Positions 58,843 to 64,000 of a DNA stretch of 64,000 nucleotides are shown one piece after another. The position numbers were made by a program, and so were the translations under genes. Each line of letters opens with the position of its first letter. Position 1 is the first letter of the stretch. This DNA comes from Dipteris shenzhenensis (Eukaryota), in NCBI GenBank assembly GCA_047967505.1, contig CM106538.1, one strand, 5' to 3'. The notes under the pieces are model-generated. The model saw only the letters and a program-made list of their open reading frames with translations. It did no database searches and was not told the origin of the DNA.

Positions 58843-61249
58843 GACCGGGGGGTGGTTTCTTTGGTAGACACTGGATGGCCAGAACTACAAGATGTTCATC
58901 AATATGTGGAAGAAGGCATGTTTTCTTGAGGGTTAACTCCATAACAGAAGCGGAGATTGGTAAGGAAGGCTTGTCCCTATACCATTATTGATGACATTCT
59001 TTATAAATTGGGAAAAGACAAGGTGCTCCGTCGGGTGGTCCATCCCATGGAGACTAGGAGAATCCTAGAAATGTGTCATGAATGCTCCAGTCATTTTGTT
59101 TCAGCGAGCACAGCTAGGAGAATTCTTAATGCAGGTTACTTTTAGCCACACCTCCATAAGGATGTATATGAATGGTGTCGAAGTTGTAAAGTAGTTTAGA
59201 AACGTTTCGTTACCAATCAAACGCGTTTCATTGTGACTATGATGCAGATGGAGGAGCAGTGTCACTGTTGATCTGCTGGTTTTCTAGAGATGATCTCGCA
59301 CTGCCTCTAGAGCTATCGTAGCGCATTGAGGATTTGGATGGGAGCCCTCAGGATTGAGACCCGTATGTAGAGTCTTCAGAAGCTAAAAGTTTGGAAGGCG
59401 ACAATTGATTCCTTGGCCCTTGAAGCCTATCCCAGCATATGGACCATTTGAGAGGTGGGGGTTGGACTTTGTGGGACCACTCCCTCGCTCATCTCAGGGC
59501 AAGCATTATTTATTAGTGGCCACAGATTATGTGACTCGATGGGCAGAGGCTATGGCCACAGCCAATAGCAAGACAAGCACAGTTGCAAAATTTCTCTTTA
59601 ATCAAATTTGTTCACGCTTTGGTTGTCCTTTGGAAATTCTCACTGATGGAGGAATCTCTTTTAGAAATGAACTAATTGAAGATGTGGTGCATAAGCTAAA
59701 GATAAATCATAGCATGTCCACGCCATACTATCCCCAATGTAATGGCTTGGTTGAGAAAACAAATGGATTGTTATGCAATTCAATGCAATTCAATGGGAAA
59801 GCTTGTAGACACCAAGAAAAGACATTGGGATAGGCACTCAGCAGAAGTTTTATGGGCTTACAGAACCACACACAAGCTATAGTTATTGGGTTTACACTAT
59901 TTCAACTAGTGTATGGAATAGAAGCCATTTTGCCAATTGAATTGGAGATAGATAGTCTTCGCACTGTTGTTGCAATAATAGAAGGACAGGAGGATGCCTA
60001 TGCTCAACGCGTGGTACGGCTAGAAGCCTTGGATGAATGCAAATTATAGGCATTACAAAACTTGGAAGCTTCTCAAAAAAGGCCCAAGGCCCATTTTGAC
60101 ACCAAATTACGCAAGAAGAAAGACATTGTAGAAGGAGATTTGGTCATGAGATTTGATAGCCGTTTGGACAAGTGGCTAGACAAAAAGTTTATCGGCTGAT
60201 GGGAGGGACCATATCGAGTCAAAAAGAAGTTCACAAATGGAACTTATCAGCTTGAGGATGTTGATGGCATAGTAATACCTGGACGCACCAATGAGTATCG
60301 CCTTAAATTCTTCTATGCTCGGCCACCTTGAGGACCAGCGGACCCTCTCTGTCACTAGAGAGGATCTGCTAGGGGGAAAAAGATGTGATGCCAAAAATTA
60401 ATATTGTTTATTTGGCATTGGTATTGTTTCCTTCTATGTTTGATAAGAGTTTGAGTATCAAGTGATAGCCTAGCAGCTCTCACTTATTTCTATTTTAGAT
60501 ATTGTATGGGATTGAGAGGATGAGTAGAATGGATCATTGTAAATACCATGTGTATGAAAGATAAATACCTTGGTATGGGGTGAGAGTTATTTTTGTATGG
60601 GATATTGTGGGGTTTTTAGAAAGTAGGAAGAGTGAGTCATATAAAGAGGTGGGCTCATGTCCATGTGTTCCAATAATATAAGAGAGATCACATGCCAAGC
60701 GTGTGAAAGGCATGTGGAGGAGTGTGGAGTCAAGAGGAATCCTTCTAGAATTCCTATGTGGAATAAGGAGGATGTGGACATATGAAAAAGAGAGGGTACC
60801 TATGGGCTCCATGTGGGGAGACTCTTGACTTTCTCAATATTTTAAGAGTCTTGAGCATCTTTTGATGGGACACATGGCAAGAGTAGCAAAAAAGGACATA
60901 AGTGGTGACATACGGGCTTATGTGATTGATGGGGAAAGGAATCTACAGGCAACAATTGTAAATGGGTGAAGAAGGGTGACAAAATCTCTATAAAAGGAGC
61001 CCTCCTCTCCCTTGTTCATCATCTCTTTCACCGTTAGGCCTCATGTTGCTGTAGCTCTAGTCTCCTCAAGCCTCTTCCATGAGGCTCTCTCTCCCTCTTG
61101 TAGATATTCTCTTATCTAGACTCTTGAGTCCACTCTCTCTAGTTCATTCTCTCTCTATGAGTAGTCTTGGAGCTTCCACTCCCTCTTTTAGGAGAGTGTT
61201 TTGAGCTAAGTGTAAAGGTGTCTATGAAGGAGGTGCAATGTTTTCTCGG

Positions 61250-64000
61250 AACCTAATCAGCCCCTTCAAACTCCTCGATATATATCAATTCATGTCATGT
61301 TGAGCCACAAGATCTTCTTTCAACAACCTATCGCTCTTCTCTTTGGCATAGACTGGCTTACTGAGATTATGGCCTTCGCTGATCCTTTCCTTCTCCCTAT
61401 GCTTGAGTACAACATCACTTGGGATGTTACCATCTTCATTCTCATATAAGGGAGGATAGTATGGTGTGGTCTCTTGGTATAAAAGCTTCTTTCTAATGTC
61501 CCTTTCCCAGTGATGAATATCTCTATCACTCAGTTTGAAAGCAGCAGGAAGTGAAGAGGTGCGTGAAGTTTATTACTCCTAACTTCATGTCACAGTGTGT
61601 AGGTAAAAAGCCTGTGATAGGTCGTTGTCTACTATTTGAAAGCGTAGTTTGTCGTGACCTATTGGCAGCGGCTTTGTGCCTAACAAGCATCATAGTAACC
61701 CCCCTTGGCCATATCTCGGGTCTAAACATAGATGGGATGTCAGCTAGTGTGATATGTGTGTCTGCCCTCTGTTGAATGTGCTGCATCTTGGTCTCGAGGT
61801 CTTTGTCTCTCTTGCTATCTATGATCAGGGGGCAGTATGCTTTGGCTGGAAGAACTTTGTGATCACACCCTGAGATGAGTCTAATAAGGCCTCTCTCCCC
61901 TATCTCTACAATATGTTTTCTATGTCGGACCGCCTCATGAACGAAAGTGGTGAGGCACCTCTGGCCTGGGTATGAGAAAAGTTTAGAAAGGGACTTGAAG
62001 CTTTCTTTGAAGAGGCAATGGTATCGTCCACAGATCTCGTAGAAGACTGGGCAATGGAAGGCAAAATTCTCCTTTGACTTGATCTATTATCAATGACATA
62101 ATGTGTAGATACGATCCTCTGAGGATCCCCTCCGCTCGTCTGCTCTTGACACAGGCAGTGTGATGAAACACGGACTGCCCAATGGCAATCCTAAGCCAGT
62201 GTGAAAAGTGGATCTGAGTGTACCCTGGTGGGTGAATGTCAATCCTAAGTGAGTGTGGTAACTGGATCTGAGTGTACCCTGGTGGGTCAATGAAGCCCTC
62301 TTGAGAGATGCACAAGCAGTGATCCCTATAGAAGTCGAGCTTCACAAGGAGTTCTATGAGCACCAACTAGGTCCTGAATGTGTGTAACTGTAAAAGATCC
62401 TCTCAAATGATCAGGTTGAACTCGTTGCCTTGAAACGGGACAAATGGGACGTCAATGCTATACTGGAAGGGTGGCAACCTGTCTATATGGAAACCCAATC
62501 TCTCGAATTATATGCATGTGTGTACATACCAACCTCTCTGATCACCCTGAGCTGCTCTCTACCGAATCCACCTATTTACACTTCCCACTCATCGCATTCA
62601 AGATACTTGCCAAGGTATCTTTTATGAATGAACTAGCTTGGTCAGGTGACCACATTTAGTTGTATATAGTAGTGAAGTGGTGTAGAAAAGATTTCACAAA
62701 AAAAGTACGTGGTCAAGAAAGCCTTTGGTGTGAGAGCAAGGAAGTCTTCTAGGCATGGGTAGGAGATGAGCTCTAGAGAGGCCAAGATAAGCTAAGACCA
62801 TAGTGGGGGGTGAGTACTTGGCTGGAGCCCCAAGCAGAAGAATGTGTCGGAGGCCTTGTCATATGATCTGATAAACTCCCTACATAGAGCTTCATCCACA
62901 GGTGGAAACATAATGGCATTACAGCCAAACAGAGAGGGAGTGGACTGTAGAGGATTTGGAGGGCATCAATCCCCAAGAACCTTCTCGTCTTTTAACCGAT
63001 TAAGTGCTTCAAATAGTTCATGCTACGAGAAGGGGTTGTCCAACCTGAATTTCTCAAAATGAACATGAGTTCATTCTTCCCATCTATGGTTTGCTAAAGG
63101 AGCTTCCCATAATGTCCTCATAGGGGTGATTCTGGTGATTCATAATTGGAAAGGGCTTGGAAGGGACAGCGAGGGGGAGGCCTTTGGCATCTTGTAGGAG
63201 GATTTCGTGAGCTGGAGAGAAGTATGGATTTGATTGTGAGGGGGAGGTTTTTGGCAACCTGAAAGGTGGATTTTGAAGCAAGGGAGTGGTAGGGGTTTCT
63301 ATGCTATACAGGCTAGGGCCTCTATGGCCTGGAACAAGGGGGTTCGGAGAGATGGGAGGGGGCAATAATGGCTGGTCCTCACAACTAGGGAGGGGGAAAT
63401 CATTGAGGGGATAGGCGCTTGTATGGCTAGGGTGTGTAGAGGAGCGGGGAGTAGGGGGGATACGACCTGGAGGGATAAGAGCGCATAGAGGGGAAAGGGG
63501 GTAGGTACACACTAGGAGAAAGAGAAGCATGAAAAAGGGGTAGGGAGTAGGTGTTGGGCTAGTAGGGAGTTGGAATCGTAGAGGAATAGGGGGATACGGG
63601 TCTATAAGTAGTGATTTAGTAGCCTCTAGGAATGCGGTACAACAGCTTGTAATTAAGGTTGAGGAGGTATAATAGCAGGGGAGGGGGTTGCAAACTAATG
63701 CAAGGAGGTGGTATGGTAACTTGTAGGGAGTGGCTATAAGGACGGGTTGAGGAGGTATGGCCAGCAAGAGGGGGTTGGAACTAATAGAGAGAGCATGGAC
63801 GGAGTGAGAAGTAGGGATTTCGGCATAACTATTGTAATGCTTGGTGCTCTCGCCACATTCATTCGACATATATGCCGTTGCCTCGCTGATGGAAGTGGTG
63901 TCTTTTTTGGGAAATGCGGGAGAATGACCCCAATGTAGAGTAAGTGATGCATTGTGCGGTTGCACTCCAATTGGCATTCGTCCATCGTTCTTCCTTGCTT
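61250..64000 (-). pseudogene. Decayed extra-ORF region of another gypsy-like element, homologous to the 267-3162 ORF
   Basis: 62935-62830 translates SLFGCNAIMFPPVDEALCREFIRSYDKASDTFFCLG, 16/36 identical to the first extra ORF; upstream region is pyrimidine-rich on the sense strand. Confidence 0.6.
62186..62292. repeat. 54-bp tandem duplication
   Basis: caatcctaag...tggatctgagtgtaccctggtgggt[g/c]aatg occurs twice. Confidence 0.85.

Larger units (their letters stand above)
54110..61246 (+). mobile_element. Ty3/gypsy with Tat-like layout (gag-PR-RT-RH-aRH-INT), decayed; probable 3' LTR 60384 to ~61246
   Basis: Gag from ~54469; YIDGGTLIN; LILGRPWL; WRICVDFR; FLDD; IYYASR; aRH; WGLDFVGP, YYPQCNGLVE; PPT agggggaaaaaga then TGTGATG; TATAAAA near 60990. 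Confidence 0.88.

Overview
Eukaryotic, land-plant-type genomic DNA; the element repertoire suggests a fern or lycophyte, but that is inference. About 95% of the window is nested, mostly decayed retrotransposons: a minus-strand Ty3/gypsy with tandem-repeat arrays and an extra 3' ORF (1-13577), many copies of one L1-clade LINE family, RTE/RTEX-like LINE pieces, stacked Ty1/copia fragments (26824-36120), two gag-only LTR elements (one very young, with identical LTRs), and a Tat-like gypsy with a second, cellular/archaeal-type RNase H (54.1-61.2 kb). The only host gene is the last five coding exons of a GH38 alpha-mannosidase (45828-46898, + strand). I found no upstream exon, so the first 45.8 kb is probably one TE-filled intron. 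The most unusual items are (i) an uncharacterised protein block conserved between extra ORFs of two different elements (~2.5 kb and ~62.9 kb), (ii) a 668-bp element with 30-bp TIRs, a 5-bp TSD and an internal Met-tRNA PBS, and (iii) a 5'-inverted, twin-priming-like LINE with a 13-bp TSD. All calls are by eye with no database searches, and boundaries without TSDs are approximate.
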